A stretch of DNA of 64,000 nucleotides. Source: Tubulanus polymorphus (taxonomy: Eukaryota; Animalia; Nemertea). The translations under genes and the position numbers were made by a program. Positions 63,497 to 64,000 of the stretch are shown here, piece after piece. Each line of letters begins with the position of its first letter. Within the stretch, counting starts at the first letter, position 1. The notes below the pieces were generated by a model. That model did no database searches, was not told the DNA's origin, and was given only the letters and a program-made list of their open reading frames with translations. Location of the stretch: the NCBI RefSeq assembly GCF_964204645.1, contig NC_134034.1, positions 9,188,962 through 9,252,961 of the forward strand, written 5' to 3'.

Positions 63497-64000
63497 TTAT
63501 TCTGATTTATTTTCTGTTTTACCGTGTGGGGGTCGTACGACACCATCTGTTTCGTTCTTACCTGATTTATATTCTATAGGCTTGATATTCGAAAATGTTA
63601 TGACACCAGTAGAAATTAATGTCATAACCGATCCTAATTGGAATGAAGCGTATCCAACCAATTTTTGTAATTCAGTTATAACTAAGTAGTCAATTTTTAA
63701 ATCAACATATAATTCATTTTCATCATCAATTGGTATAATCCGTTTACATAATTTTGAATAACATTTGACAATACCATCAGAAATAGAATCATTTATTCGG
63801 GCCAATCTTGACTCTTCATAAATCTTAAAATATTTTATTACTTTATCTGGTTTCATAGCATCTAGTTCTTGATAAGTTACAATTTTTCCCAAGAATTCTT
63901 TAGATTTCCCTCCGGCAATTAGTAATTCAAGATGGTGCTTACAATATAAGTAGTATTCATAATCAATATTGTTATCAACTTGAGCACAAGTAGTTACAAC
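63497..64000 (-). CDS. PLV hypothetical protein, start probably upstream of the ORF call
   Basis: ORF 63497-63892 with viral-like composition; its stop is followed ~16 nt later by the next TAAATG. Confidence 0.5.
   Translation of the reverse strand, partial: VVTTCAQVDNNIDYEYYLYCKHHLELLIAGGKSKEFLGKIVTYQELDAMKPDKVIKYFKIYEESRLARINDSISDGIVKCYSKLCKRIIPIDDENELYVDLKIDYLVITELQKLVGYASFQLGSVMTLISTGVITFSNIKPIEYKSGKNETDGVVRPPHGKTENKSE

Larger units (their letters stand above)
54965..64000 (-). mobile_element. Endogenous Polinton-like virus, segment B (runs off the window end)
   Basis: Same composition and TAAATG cassettes as segment A; contains MCP, mCP and the duplicated gene block. Confidence 0.85.

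Noticed and set aside
37790-64000. Integrated poxvirus genome or bacterial/phage contamination
   Set aside because: The polymerase is protein-primed Polinton type with PLV-like capsid genes, and the region is interrupted by TSD-flanked eukaryotic transposons, so it is chromosomal.

Overview
AT-rich eukaryotic DNA, probably from an invertebrate animal (inferred from spliceosomal introns and the TE families present). No host gene is recognisable. The window is a nested patchwork of mobile elements, almost all with coding strands on the minus strand. 1-37.8 kb holds decayed or nested transposons: Tc1-like, hAT, EnSpm/CACTA-like (x3), Kolobok (x2, one TIR-to-TIR with an intact spliced KolX gene), ISL2EU (THAP-DDE plus SWIM-YqaJ), an exactly delimited 7.1-kb Helitron, a Penelope-like element, a tRNA-containing TRIM-like element and a TIR-to-TIR piggyBac. 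37.8-64 kb holds two related segments of an endogenous Polinton-like virus (protein-primed PolB, major and minor capsid proteins, small membrane proteins, zinc-finger proteins), interrupted by hAT, MULE and KDZ-like pieces. Highlights: (1) nearly every viral gene starts at a poxvirus late-promoter-like T-run...TAAATG cassette, and the element encodes a poxvirus A2/VLTF3-like late transcription factor, suggesting dependence on a pox-like/NCLDV cytoplasmic transcription machine; (2) the pPolB carries a ~350-aa LAGLIDADG intein at the motif C (YxD|TDS) site, resembling giant-virus PolB inteins; (3) a ~615-bp nested palindrome may mark viral termini or an origin. All family assignments come from motif recognition by eye, not from database searches.
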